Shown: one piece after another, positions 1-9,865 of the stretch
Layout: the number at the start of each line of letters is the position of its first letter
How positions within the stretch are numbered: the first letter of the stretch is position 1
Assembly (NCBI GenBank): GCA_045595305.1
Contig: JAZOAE010000029.1
Span: 35,002 to 99,001, forward strand
Source: Elusimicrobiaceae bacterium
GTDB taxonomy: Bacteria; Elusimicrobiota; Elusimicrobia; Elusimicrobiales; Elusimicrobiaceae
Reading direction: 5' to 3'
DNA length: 64,000 bases
Notes under the pieces: generated by a model
Told to the model about the DNA's origin: nothing
Seen by the model: only the letters and a program-made list of their open reading frames with translations
Databases searched by the model: none
Translations under genes and position numbers: made by a program

Positions 1-221
1 ATACCTATGATTAAAATAACCACTAGGAGTTCTATAAGCGTAAATCCATTAAAAAAGTTCTTCACAAAATTTCTCCACTCCGAACAATGGGTATTGTAAC
101 AAAAATAAAGGACATTGGAAACACTTTCCCCAAGCGTTTATAAATAATAACCCTTTATGGTTATCTTTTTCTGGGCCTAAAGGCACGTGCAATTCCACTG
201 GGAATTTGTTAGGATAGTGGC

Positions 222-1244
222 ATGAAGCGCACAAATTTCTTTTTTATTTTTAGCTGCATTTTTCTTTTATTTTTCTATGCTGTTCCCGTGCAGGCTGTAA
301 ATTGGGAAGGTGGCGCAAGATTATTGCGAAGAGCAACTATCTCCCCAGCATTCCGCAGATGGAGAAATTCAGTTGCCTCGCAAAGACATTATGTACCAAA
401 ATCTACAACTTCTACGCGGGCACATCCCAATTGGAAAAAACCCGCTGCTCCGCAAGCACGACCAGTTGCAAAAAGGCCATCCATTCCGCAGGGGCGCTCG
501 TATTCCAAAAAACAAAACACCCCTTCAACACGTTCGGAAGCATACAAACCAGCTGCTCCGCAAGCACGACCAGAGACGGCAGAAATAACCACCACGCCAC
601 AGGTACACTCCAACCGATATCAAGCATCTGGCTTTAAAATGAATAGAGCCACTCGTACTTTTAACCCACGCATTGCCATAACTCGGTTTATTGAAGGGGA
701 ACACAAACAAAGCGCAGAACCCATTCACATGCGTGTACTTCCCGTTCCGGTACGTTTAGCTAACTCTCCCGTTTTTCCCCTGGAGTCTCAACCGCATGAG
801 ATGTATCGCGGAATGGCCCTGGATCTTCATGGAAATGAGCTGCGAACTATTTTAAAAGACGGGATGCCTGTTGAAACAAGCCATTTCCCTATTTGGTTTG
901 GATCTTACGATGGAAAACCATATAGCGAAGAGACGAAAGCTTTGTTCGCTACTACAGATCCGCTGTTAGCTTCAACATATGCACAAATGAATCGCTTTCG
1001 CAAGGATGGGAACTTATTCTTGCCCGTTGTGTTTCATATAAAGCGGCTAGGAAAAGATATCGACCCCGGAGAGGAACGCACGGTTGAAATTCCGCACGAT
1101 ATCCCACCGGAATGGATTTATAAAGTAAGCGTTTTATTAAGTGTGGACGGAAAATTATGTTGGGGAGAATTAAAACTAGACGGAGAAGATGGATTTTTGT
1201 TTACCCCCTATCCTCCCCTTCCCAAAAAGAAACTTAGATATTAA
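222..1244 (+). CDS. Secreted protein: signal peptide, Pro/Ala/Arg-rich low-complexity linker and C-terminal ADP-ribosyltransferase-like domain
   Basis: 340-aa ORF. N-terminus is hydrophobic and ends in an AVPVQA cleavage-like site. C-terminal motifs MYRG...ILKDGM, LFATTDP..A..YA and TVEIPHDIPPEWI follow the ART-fold strand order (inference). Confidence 0.55.
   Translation: MKRTNFFFIFSCIFLLFFYAVPVQAVNWEGGARLLRRATISPAFRRWRNSVASQRHYVPKSTTSTRAHPNWKKPAAPQARPVAKRPSIPQGRSYSKKQNTPSTRSEAYKPAAPQARPETAEITTTPQVHSNRYQASGFKMNRATRTFNPRIAITRFIEGEHKQSAEPIHMRVLPVPVRLANSPVFPLESQPHEMYRGMALDLHGNELRTILKDGMPVETSHFPIWFGSYDGKPYSEETKALFATTDPLLASTYAQMNRFRKDGNLFLPVVFHIKRLGKDIDPGEERTVEIPHDIPPEWIYKVSVLLSVDGKLCWGELKLDGEDGFLFTPYPPLPKKKLRY
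444..573 (+). repeat. 22-bp direct repeat inside the 222..1244 gene (AAPQARP twice)
   Basis: gctgctccgcaagcacgaccag at 444-465 and at 552-573, identical. Confidence 0.9.
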
Positions 1245-1246
1245 CT

Positions 1247-1271
1247 AAAACCCTGCTCAAAGCAGGGTTTT
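1247..1271. terminator. Bidirectional intrinsic terminator between convergent genes
   Basis: aaaaccctgct-caa-agcagggtttt inverted repeat with A/T tracts on both sides. Confidence 0.85.
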
Positions 1272-1278
1272 AATTTAC

Positions 1279-2121
1279 CTATCGATTTTCTTCTTGGGCA
1301 ACCATTTGTTTTTCTTGCGGAACAGGGTCCTTTGACTCTTCCTTCAATTCTTCAACCGGCTTCTGTGTAGCGGTCGATTCCGTTTTTTCATCAGCTGCTG
1401 TTTTTTTCAGCACAGAAATTGGTTGCGGTTTCTCTTTCTTATTGGTTGTTTTGTTTGTGTTTTCCGAAGCTGTTTTTGTTTCTTTTACAGGGGTGGACTT
1501 CATCGAATTGGCAAATTGTTCGCGCGCTTCTAAAATCTCTAATACCAACATGACTTGGCGGAAATCAGTCTTCTCTTGCTCAGTCAATTTTTCGTTCTCT
1601 TCCAAAAAAGTCGCCGCCCCCTTCCCGTTAGGTTCCAATGCCTTGGGACTGGCTCGGACAATTAACAGCGTTTTAATTACTTCGGCTGTATTATGTTGTG
1701 CCGCCTTCGCTAATGCTTTATCTTTATTCGTTTGTTGTTGTGAGGCTCTATGGCTTTGTTTGGCTAATGTCATGATCACTTCCGTGGACGGATTATACTT
1801 AGCTGCTGTAACAAGTGGCGTATCGCCCGATTTATCCGTAGCCAACGGATCGGCCCCGGCTACAATTAGTTTGTAGATTACTTTCGGCTCTGTAGCATAC
1901 CTAGCTGCATAAAATAGCGCTGTCTGCCCCGATTTATCCCGTGCGTTTATATCGCCCGTGCCCAGCAATTTAATTGCTTTATTGGTATCGTTTTCTTCAA
2001 TAGCGCGCATGAGCCGTGTAGCTCCGCGTGAGTCTACCTCTTGCGCAAAATGACGGTACAATAATCCCCCGCCTATAAATCCCGCCATGATGGCGATAAA
2101 AATCCAAGTACGTTTGTTCAT
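1279..2121 (-). CDS. Membrane-anchored ankyrin-repeat protein with charged C-terminal tail
   Basis: N-terminal hydrophobic helix. Ankyrin motifs GATRLMRAI, DKSGQTALFYAA, GADPLATDKSGDTPLVTAA. Confidence 0.85.
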   Translation of the reverse strand: MNKRTWIFIAIMAGFIGGGLLYRHFAQEVDSRGATRLMRAIEENDTNKAIKLLGTGDINARDKSGQTALFYAARYATEPKVIYKLIVAGADPLATDKSGDTPLVTAAKYNPSTEVIMTLAKQSHRASQQQTNKDKALAKAAQHNTAEVIKTLLIVRASPKALEPNGKGAATFLEENEKLTEQEKTDFRQVMLVLEILEAREQFANSMKSTPVKETKTASENTNKTTNKKEKPQPISVLKKTAADEKTESTATQKPVEELKEESKDPVPQEKQMVAQEENR

Positions 2122-2220
2122 AGTTGTATTTTAGCACATTGGCACGCACAAATTGCTAAAATATAGGTAATACCAATTGGTACTATTTTAATATCTTTTG
2201 CTAATAACTTAGAGGTTTTT

Positions 2221-3735
2221 ATGGCCGAACAACAACACAATAACGCTTTAGACGGCATTATTAAACAACGCTATGCGGAGGTGGAAGAAATTCGTCAACT
2301 GGGCGTCACCCCTTATCCTAACCGCTGTGAAAAACAAATTTCCTGCGCGGACGCTAAAAATTTAGAAGAAAATGCCGAGGCCGTAACGGCCGGACGTTTG
2401 ATGCAAATCCGCCTAATGGGCAAAGCAGCATTTGCGCACTTGCGTGATTTCTCGGGCCGTATTCAACTCTATGTGGCCAAAGACAACCTGGGTGAAGAAG
2501 CCTATACATTTTTCAAAAAACATATTGCCGTGGGCGATTTTGTAAGCGTCAGCGGACATATTTTTATTACCAAAACCGGTGAAAAAACCATTAAAGTGCA
2601 TAAGATGGCCCTTCTTTCCAAGGCCATCCGCCCCATGCCGGAAAAATACCACGGCCTGCAAGATACCGAAGTACGTTTCCGCAAACGCCACCTAGATTTA
2701 ATCGCTAACGAAGAAGTAAAAGATATTTTCGTTAAACGCGCCAAAATTATTTCCTCTATCCGCAAAACGCTGGATGAAAAAGGATTTTTGGAAGTGGAAA
2801 CCCCCATTTTAAACCCCTCCTCCGGCGGGGCTATCGCGCGCCCGTTTGAAACATATCACAATGCGCTTAAGATGCCGCTTTACATGCGCATTGCTCTAGA
2901 ATTGCACCACAAACGCTTGATCATCGGCGGATTGGACCGCATTTATGAAATCGGGCATATGTTCCGCAACGAAGGGATTGATACTACTCACAACCCCGAA
3001 TTTACCATGATGGAGCTTTATCAAGCATACGGCGACGTAAATACCATGGCAGACTTGTTTGATGAAATTTTGGGCAACGCTGCAAAAGCTATCGGTGTAG
3101 AAAAAGTACAATTCCGCGGTTACGAAGTCGATTTACGTCCGCCCTACAAACGCCTTTACATTCCCGTGGCATGGCAAGAGAAATTCGGCCGCGATATCCA
3201 CGAAGTGCTAGATGGCCGCAAGTTTAACCGCGTCAAACTCGAAGAAGTGGCGCGCGAACAGGGTATCAAATTCTCCGCAGACGATAGTGACGGTGCCATC
3301 TTCGATGAACTCTTTGAAGGTAAATTGTTGGCCGATTATCACAACCCCGTGATCGCCTTGGATTATCCCACGGCCGTGAGTCCGTTCTCCAAGACCAAAC
3401 CCGGTGATCCCGAACTGGTGGAACGCTTTGAAGTGTTTGTGAACGGGCAGGAACTCGGCAACGCATACACCGAGCTGAATGACCCGGCCGACCAACTCCA
3501 ACGTCTAAAAGACCAGGCTGCTGCTAAAGCGATTGCAAAAGGTGAAGATGCCGAAAACGCGGATATTTTGGATGCTGATTACATTGAAGCGATGGAATCG
3601 GGCATGCCGCCAACCGGCGGGATGGGTATTGGGATTGACCGCATTATTATGATGCTTACCGGCCAAGACTCCATCCGTGAAATTATCTTCTTCCCAACGC
3701 TCAAAAAACTGGACGAAGAAAAAGAAGAAAAATAA
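2221..3735 (+). CDS. lysS: Lysyl-tRNA synthetase, class II
   Basis: OB-fold N-terminus, RFRKRHLDLIAN, motif 2 FRNEGIDTTHNPEFTMME, motif 3 GMPPTGGMGIGIDR. Confidence 0.98.
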   Translation: MAEQQHNNALDGIIKQRYAEVEEIRQLGVTPYPNRCEKQISCADAKNLEENAEAVTAGRLMQIRLMGKAAFAHLRDFSGRIQLYVAKDNLGEEAYTFFKKHIAVGDFVSVSGHIFITKTGEKTIKVHKMALLSKAIRPMPEKYHGLQDTEVRFRKRHLDLIANEEVKDIFVKRAKIISSIRKTLDEKGFLEVETPILNPSSGGAIARPFETYHNALKMPLYMRIALELHHKRLIIGGLDRIYEIGHMFRNEGIDTTHNPEFTMMELYQAYGDVNTMADLFDEILGNAAKAIGVEKVQFRGYEVDLRPPYKRLYIPVAWQEKFGRDIHEVLDGRKFNRVKLEEVAREQGIKFSADDSDGAIFDELFEGKLLADYHNPVIALDYPTAVSPFSKTKPGDPELVERFEVFVNGQELGNAYTELNDPADQLQRLKDQAAAKAIAKGEDAENADILDADYIEAMESGMPPTGGMGIGIDRIIMMLTGQDSIREIIFFPTLKKLDEEKEEK

Positions 3736-3749
3736 GAAGTTTTTCAATT

Positions 3750-3778
3750 AAAAAGCCCCCGCCAAAACGGGGGCTTTT
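3750..3778. terminator. Bidirectional terminator after lysS
   Basis: aaaagcccccg-ccaaaa-cgggggctttt. Confidence 0.85.
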
Positions 3779-3793
3779 ATTATGGATAAAATC

Positions 3794-4396
3794 TTATCTC
3801 TTTTTGAAAGTTTCCAACTTTTTCTTGGCTAGCGGTTCGCCTTGTTTGGCAGCCATTATATAATAGTGCAGGGCCTCTTTTTCGTTCTTTTCTACGCCCA
3901 CTCCGCGCTCATATAAGTCCCCCAGCAACGTTTGTGCTAGCGGACTTTTTTCTTCGGCAGCAGATTTTAAAATCTGCGCACCGCGTATCTCATCTTTCTC
4001 AGTTCCCATGCCTTGCAAATAACATACCGCCAGATTCACGCGAGCCTCAAAATCTCCCATCTTAGCGGCTTCTTGATAACAATAAAAAGCTTTCTCGGGA
4101 CTTCTTTCACAACCCTTCCCCTCATTATAAAGCCCCGCCAAAGCGACCATGGCACGTATATTACCCTGTTTGGCCGAAGTGTCAAACCAATTAAATGCTT
4201 GGACATAATCTTGTTTGACCTGTTTACCCTTGTAATAAAAGTACCCCATATCGTATTGAGCCTTTGCATTGCCGGTAGAGGCAAGTTTGAGAGTCTTGTC
4301 AAAAGGACTTGCCGAAAATTTGCGCAAGAAAAACCACGCCAGCGCTAAAATAAATATAAACGTAATTCCCATATGTGTTTCAACCATAGGTTCCAT
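3794..4396 (-). CDS. Sel1-like (TPR) repeat protein with N-terminal membrane anchor
   Basis: Sel1 repeats GNAKAQYDMGYFYYKG...QD..A..WF..SA.QG and AQTLLGDLYERGVGV. Confidence 0.9.
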   Translation of the reverse strand: MEPMVETHMGITFIFILALAWFFLRKFSASPFDKTLKLASTGNAKAQYDMGYFYYKGKQVKQDYVQAFNWFDTSAKQGNIRAMVALAGLYNEGKGCERSPEKAFYCYQEAAKMGDFEARVNLAVCYLQGMGTEKDEIRGAQILKSAAEEKSPLAQTLLGDLYERGVGVEKNEKEALHYYIMAAKQGEPLAKKKLETFKKR

Positions 4397-4404
4397 AGTG
4401 TCTC

Positions 4405-5070
4405 CTATTTTGTTTTTACAAGATGTCGGTCTTGCAAAGTATAGACTTCATCGGCAAAATCAGCCGCGTGTACATCATGTGTAACCATTAAAATGGTTAA
4501 ATTTTCTTCCCGGCTCATGCGGGCAAAATCTTCAAAAACCTGTACTTTGCGTTGCACATCTAAATTACCGGTAGGCTCATCGGCCAACAAAACCAACGGA
4601 TTATTACACAAAGCACGCGCAATACTGGCACGCTGTTTCTCCCCACCGGAAAGATCTGCTGGAAGTTTATGGATCATCTTCCCCAAGCCAAAGCGCTCTA
4701 AAAGTTTTTGCGCTTTTTTCACGTTGGACTTTCCGCACATGCGCGCCGGCATATCTACGTTTTCCAAGAGTGAAAATTCCGGCAACAATCCATCAAACTG
4801 GAACACAAACCCCATTTTGGTAAGGCGAAGTTTGGAGCGGGCGGCTTCACTTTTTAGTGCAGTGATTTCTTTGCCATTTACGTAAATTTTGCCCGAAGTG
4901 GGAGCATCCAGCATGGCAATTAAATTGAGTAACGTGCTCTTACCCGAGCCGCTGGGCCCCAAGAGTACCGTAAATTTGCCGCGCGCAAAAGTAAGCGATA
5001 CATCTTCCAATACGCACAAATCTTCTTTACCCTGCCCATAGATTTTAGTAACGTGTTTTAGTTCAATCAT
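4405..5070 (-). CDS. lolD: LolD-like ABC transporter ATP-binding protein
   Basis: Walker A GPSGSGKST, GFVFQF, signature LSGGEKQR, LADEPTGNLD. Start placed at MIELK (5070), directly after the lolE stop; the track's extension to 5142 overlaps lolE. Confidence 0.85.
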   Translation of the reverse strand: MIELKHVTKIYGQGKEDLCVLEDVSLTFARGKFTVLLGPSGSGKSTLLNLIAMLDAPTSGKIYVNGKEITALKSEAARSKLRLTKMGFVFQFDGLLPEFSLLENVDMPARMCGKSNVKKAQKLLERFGLGKMIHKLPADLSGGEKQRASIARALCNNPLVLLADEPTGNLDVQRKVQVFEDFARMSREENLTILMVTHDVHAADFADEVYTLQDRHLVKTK

Positions 5071-5071
5071 A

Positions 5072-6298
5072 TTATCCGTACCGTATCGCATCCGTGGGAT
5101 GTACACGCGAGGCCTTAAGCGCCGGGTACAAACCCGCCACAAAACAAATCAAATAACTCCCGCCTACTACCGCCAAAATATCGCCCCATTGCATACGCAC
5201 TGGCACTTTGGTCAAATAGTAAATATCCCCGGGAAGTTCCACGATGTTAAAGGTGGCAATAATCCAACATAATAGGCACGCGAGCAAAATCCCCAGCACG
5301 ATCCCTAACGTAGCAATTACCATGGCTTCCCACATAAAAATACTGCGAATCATCTTAGGGCTTGCGCCGATCGCACGCATAATACCGATATCGCGTAATT
5401 TTTCGGTGCCTAATAAAATCAAATTGCTGGCAATGTTTAGCGAAGCCACACCGATAATCAAAAACAAAATAATGAACATCATGGTTTTTTCTAATTTGAG
5501 TGCAGCATAGAGCGTGCTATTCATTTCAGCAAACGTGCGCACGGCATATCCATGCCCAATTGCATCGGAAATTTTTTCAGCGGCTTTCTGAGCGGTATTA
5601 ATGTTGTGTAATTTTACCGCCACCCCCGTCGTACCTTGTTTGAGGCCAAAAAAGTCGCTGGCATGTGGTAAAAGTGTATAGACAATGGTATTATCAAACT
5701 CGTAATACCCTGTTTTTAAGAGCCCGCTAATGCGGAATTTCTTCATCTTGGGGAACATCCCGGCCGAGGTGGAAATAGATTGTGGGGAAATCAGTACGAC
5801 TTCGTCACCAATATTTGCTCCTATGCTGAATGCTAACTCCGTGCCCAGCACCAAGGGAGCTGGTGCGTTTTCTTCCCAATCAGTCGGCTCAAAAGTACCT
5901 TCCGTTACAGCATCGGCCAAATTGTTAATCTTTTTCTCTTGTGCTGGGTCCAACCCACGGATAATGACCCCTACACTTTGTCCGTTATGCGTTAAAATAG
6001 CCTGGCCGTAAATGTGTGGCGCGGCGGCGGACACCTCGGGAATCTGTTCAATTAAGGAAATATTTTTTTTGTATACTTCCGGGCTCATCTGCCCAAAAAC
6101 CAAAATATGACTTTGCGCTCCAATGACTTTATCTTTAATGTCCGTTTGAAAACCGTTCATCACAGAAAGCGTGGTAATTAAGGCAGCCACCCCTACGCTC
6201 ACCCCCGCCACACCAATAAGCGTGGTAATAAAGGCAAACAGACCCTGACGACGAGTTAAATAGCGTGTGGCTACCGAGCGTGCAAAATTCATAGACAT
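5072..6298 (-). CDS. lolE: LolC/E-family lipoprotein-releasing ABC permease
   Basis: GVAGVSVGVAALITTLSVMNGF, EKLRDIGIMRAIGAS, YPALKASRVHPTDAIRYG are typical LolC/E segments. Upstream of lolD. Confidence 0.85.
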   Translation of the reverse strand: MSMNFARSVATRYLTRRQGLFAFITTLIGVAGVSVGVAALITTLSVMNGFQTDIKDKVIGAQSHILVFGQMSPEVYKKNISLIEQIPEVSAAAPHIYGQAILTHNGQSVGVIIRGLDPAQEKKINNLADAVTEGTFEPTDWEENAPAPLVLGTELAFSIGANIGDEVVLISPQSISTSAGMFPKMKKFRISGLLKTGYYEFDNTIVYTLLPHASDFFGLKQGTTGVAVKLHNINTAQKAAEKISDAIGHGYAVRTFAEMNSTLYAALKLEKTMMFIILFLIIGVASLNIASNLILLGTEKLRDIGIMRAIGASPKMIRSIFMWEAMVIATLGIVLGILLACLLCWIIATFNIVELPGDIYYLTKVPVRMQWGDILAVVGGSYLICFVAGLYPALKASRVHPTDAIRYG

Positions 6299-6342
6299 AT
6301 TGTAGCAAAAAAGATTTGACCACGGACGGATAAGGTCACCCT

Positions 6343-8271
6343 TTATTTATCTGCTTCCTCCAAGAAAGCTACCACGTTGGCATCGCTGGGCATGCGCCAG
6401 TCCCCACGCGGAGAAAGTGCCACCGACCCTACCTTCGGGCCGTCGGGCATACACGAGCGTTTAAATTGTTGGGCAAAAAAGCGTTTGAAAAACACGGCAA
6501 GCCATTTTTTAATTTCGGCAGTTTTAAATTGCCCCGCAAATGCATGCTGTGCCAAAAACAAAATCTTTTGCGCACTAAATCCACACCGCACAAAATAATA
6601 CAAGAAGAAATCATGCAATACATATGGGCCAACCAGGTCTTCTGTCTTTTGTGCAATACGACCTTTTTTATCAGCGGGCAATAGCTCGGGGCTGATAGGC
6701 GTAGCCACTACGTCCGCCAATACTTGTTGGGTTTTTTTGTCGGTTGTTTCGTGTGCGGCCACCCATTGCACCAGCGACTTAACAAGTGTCTTGGGCACGC
6801 CACAATTAACCCCATACATCGACATATGATCGCCATTATACGTAGCCCATCCTAAAGCACTTTCAGACAAATCACCCGTGCCTATTACGATCCCTCCCGT
6901 TTGATTAGCTACGTCCATCAAAATTTGTGTGCGTTCACGCGCCTGAACATTCTCGTAGGTGGTATCGTGCTTTTTCACGTCATGGCCGATATCTTTAAAG
7001 TGCTGTTCGCACGCTTTTTTAATAGAAATTTCTTTCACAGTAACGCCCAATTGCTTCATCAGTGCTAGCGCATTTTTATAGGTGCGTTCCGTCGTGCCGA
7101 AGCCGGGCATGGTAATCCCGATAATCTGTTTGCGCGGGAGGTTCAACTTATCCATCGTGCGCGCAGCCACTAATAATGCAAGCGTAGAATCCAACCCGCC
7201 GGAAATCCCCACTACGGCTGTTTTGGCATGCGCGGCTAACAGACGCGTAGCTAAACCGGTTACTTGGATGTTAAAAATTTCGGCACAATGCTCGTCTAAT
7301 TTTTCTCCTTGCGGCACAAACGGCAAAGGATCTATGTTGCGTGTAAGTTTTGCAACAGACGCTACCGGTTGACTAATGTCAATCACATCATAAGGAGCCG
7401 CTGTTTCCAACGCACTATCCGTACGGAAGGAAGTATTGGCGGCCCGCTCGTTGCGCAAGCGTTCCACGTCAATTTCCGTGCTTATCAACTGCGGTTGCAT
7501 AGCAAATCGTTTCGAAACAGCTAACTCGTGACCGTTTTCAAAAATTAATGCATTGCTGCCGAATACTACATCGGTAGTAGATTCGCCAAACCCGCACGAA
7601 GCGTACACATATCCGCAAAGGCCGCGGGCGGATTGCTGGGCCACAAGTCGGCGCACGTAATCATGTTTGGCAACCAGTGCATTACTGGCTGACAAGTTGA
7701 AAATAACATCCGCGCCTTGCAGTACCGCGGCGGAAGACGGCGGCACCACCGCCCATAAATCTTCGCAAATTTCCACCCCAAAAGTAAGCCCGCCCGCGCT
7801 AAACAGTAGATCCGTTCCTGCCGGTACGGTTTGGCCGCACAACGTAACTTCCTCGCCGGAAAAAGCGAGTGCGCGCACAAACCAACGTCCTTCATAAAAT
7901 TCGTGATAATTGGGCAAATAGGTTTTAGGAACAACGCCGCAAATTCGCCCTTTATAGCATACAGCAGCCGCATTTAAAAGTATCGTCCCCGCGCGCACCG
8001 GGAGGCCGACTATATAGACAACGTCTAACGTTTTAGTTTGCGTAAGAAGTTTGGCTAACGCGTTTTCGGCAGCCTCCAATAAAGCGGGTTTTAAGAACAG
8101 ATCTCCACACGTGTATCCCGTAAGCCCTAGCTCCGGAAATACAACCGTGCGCACGCCTTCTTTGGCGGCTTGTTTAAGTTGCGCGAGCATTTGCTGTGCA
8201 TTGTACACAGGGTCAGCCACCTGTACGGTGGGAATTGCAGCTGCTACTTTGACAAAGCCAAAATTTTTCAT
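6343..8271 (-). CDS. nadE: Glutamine-dependent NAD+ synthetase
   Basis: Nitrilase domain (FPELGLTGY, EICEDLW) plus synthetase domain (GISGGLDST, ENVQARER, IGTGDLSE, PISPEL). Start at ATG 8271 with a GGAG RBS. Confidence 0.96.
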   Translation of the reverse strand: MKNFGFVKVAAAIPTVQVADPVYNAQQMLAQLKQAAKEGVRTVVFPELGLTGYTCGDLFLKPALLEAAENALAKLLTQTKTLDVVYIVGLPVRAGTILLNAAAVCYKGRICGVVPKTYLPNYHEFYEGRWFVRALAFSGEEVTLCGQTVPAGTDLLFSAGGLTFGVEICEDLWAVVPPSSAAVLQGADVIFNLSASNALVAKHDYVRRLVAQQSARGLCGYVYASCGFGESTTDVVFGSNALIFENGHELAVSKRFAMQPQLISTEIDVERLRNERAANTSFRTDSALETAAPYDVIDISQPVASVAKLTRNIDPLPFVPQGEKLDEHCAEIFNIQVTGLATRLLAAHAKTAVVGISGGLDSTLALLVAARTMDKLNLPRKQIIGITMPGFGTTERTYKNALALMKQLGVTVKEISIKKACEQHFKDIGHDVKKHDTTYENVQARERTQILMDVANQTGGIVIGTGDLSESALGWATYNGDHMSMYGVNCGVPKTLVKSLVQWVAAHETTDKKTQQVLADVVATPISPELLPADKKGRIAQKTEDLVGPYVLHDFFLYYFVRCGFSAQKILFLAQHAFAGQFKTAEIKKWLAVFFKRFFAQQFKRSCMPDGPKVGSVALSPRGDWRMPSDANVVAFLEEADK

Positions 8272-8310
8272 AAACACTCCCTACGCTAGGATAACTCTAT
8301 TCTATAATTT

Positions 8311-9101
8311 TTAGCGGATAGCCGTCACTTCATATCCGGCATTTTGCACAGCTTCTAATAGTACGCTGTCTTCCACCGGAACAGCCGATTCCACCGTGGC
8401 GGTTTTGCTGGCCAAATCCACCGTGGCTTTCACGCCGGGGATCGCATTAAGCGCGCGGGCCACATGCCCGGCACAATGGCCGCACATCATCCCTTTAATT
8501 TCTACTATTTTGTGCATACTCTTTTCGTCCACCGAAAAAGGCGGCTTAAAGCGATTGAGCCGCAAGGCATTGGTTACTACGCATACCGAACTAATACTCA
8601 TGACGGCCGCCGCCAACATGGGGTGCAACCTCCACCCCCACACCGGGTAAAATACCCCGGCCGCCACGGGAATACAAATTACATTATAGAAAAATGCCCA
8701 AAACCGTGTACAAAAAAAGCATGGTTGAGCCATAAAATGGGCAACGCAAGCACGAACTGCCACCCGACGGGAATTTCAAACGTGTGGCCCATAGAAATAA
8801 TCATTAAAGCAATGAGAAACACAAAGGAAAGCCAAAAGCGTCTTTTAAGTTGAGCGGTTTCACCAAAGGTACTTGGGGAACTTGTTTCCCCTTCGAAAAT
8901 TGCTGCTCCATATCCGGCCTTTTCCACTGCCCGGATAATTTCTGAGGAAGAGGTTTTTCTATCGTCATAGGAAATGAGCAAACGGTTTTGTAACAAATTT
9001 ACGTCAGCCTGAACCACGCCGGGCAATGCACGCACAGCGTTTTCCACATGATGTTTGCATGCGGCACAACTCATCCCGGTAATAATAAATTGTTGATCCA
9101 T
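8311..9101 (-). pseudogene. copA: Heavy-metal (Cu+) P1B-ATPase remnant with its catalytic core deleted and a frameshift at the junction
   Basis: N-terminal HMA (GMSCAAC) plus first TM (...NHAFFVHGF) is joined out of frame to C-terminal TM7-8 ([12 protein letters not shown]...[23 protein letters not shown]) and a C-terminal HMA (GMMCGHC). TGE, CPC and DKTGT are absent. Confidence 0.85.
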
Positions 9102-9146
9102 ATACAAATAGGATAGCGTTTCTAGGTAAAAAGTGTCAAATTCGAC

Positions 9147-9174
9147 AAAAAACACCCAGGATCTAAATCCTGGG
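9147..9174 (-). terminator. Intrinsic terminator for the 9187..9726 gene
   Basis: cccagga-tctaaa-tcctggg hairpin with a T-rich tail on the minus strand. Confidence 0.7.
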
Positions 9175-9186
9175 CGTCTACAAATT

Positions 9187-9726
9187 TTATTTTAATTTTG
9201 TTACTTCTTGAACTTCTGGAATTTTCATATTTGCAAACTTTTGCAATATATCTGTTCGCTGCGTCTTCATAAATTTTTCCATGGCTGCCACATCATTATA
9301 CGTGCGAAATGCAAATTGCAACGATACCAATCCCCCGTTTATAGTGGCAAACTTAAACGCATTAAATTCCTCTACTGTTCTATCCCACGTTACAAAATCC
9401 AGCAGGACCTCGCCCGTCTTACTATTTTCGTGTATAGCATACTTTGCTTGCGGATTACTAGCCATCAAATTACGCGCTACTTGTATCGCAGCTTCCTTGG
9501 GGGAAACCGCCGCATTACCGTACGTGCGCAAAGCAACCATTTTCGTCCAATCATTCAATGTTTCGCCAGGCAATAAATACTCATTGAGCCAAATACCCTT
9601 AGCTCCTTCGGAATAAGCCAGTTCATATTTTTGATTATTAAATGAAACATTGGATTTGTTTTCCTTTGCCATTCCCAAAGCAGAGAGCAATAAAATCCCA
9701 ACTAACAACAAAACTATCTTTTTCAT
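9187..9726 (-). CDS. Exported protein of unknown function
   Basis: Signal peptide MKKIVLLLVGILLLSALGMA, GGAGG RBS upstream of ATG 9726, own terminator. Confidence 0.8.
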   Translation of the reverse strand: MKKIVLLLVGILLLSALGMAKENKSNVSFNNQKYELAYSEGAKGIWLNEYLLPGETLNDWTKMVALRTYGNAAVSPKEAAIQVARNLMASNPQAKYAIHENSKTGEVLLDFVTWDRTVEEFNAFKFATINGGLVSLQFAFRTYNDVAAMEKFMKTQRTDILQKFANMKIPEVQEVTKLK

Positions 9727-9753
9727 AGACAACCTCCCCGATCCAGATTAAAC

Positions 9754-9865
9754 TGTACCTAGATTATAGCAAAATCAAGACGCTTCCCATCCATACAATC
9801 AAACATCTAACCCTTTTTTGCGGGTGCACAATGGGATGAAATTTGCTTTAATAGGGTGGTCTTAA
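9754..9865. repeat. 112-bp intergenic direct repeat, copy 1 (divergent-promoter-like module)
   Basis: Matches 12158-12269 with 8 mismatches by manual alignment. Contains a minus-strand extended -10 TGCTATAAT. Confidence 0.95.

Noticed and set aside
302-728. Alternative-frame ORFs 302..637, 310..588, 389..613, 412..627, 525..728
   Set aside because: They overlap the longer 222..1244 gene, lack RBSs or motifs, and are by-products of its low-complexity sequence.
5071-5142. N-terminal extension of lolD given in the ORF track
   Set aside because: It overlaps the lolE 3' end; MIELK at 5070 is the typical ABC ATPase start.
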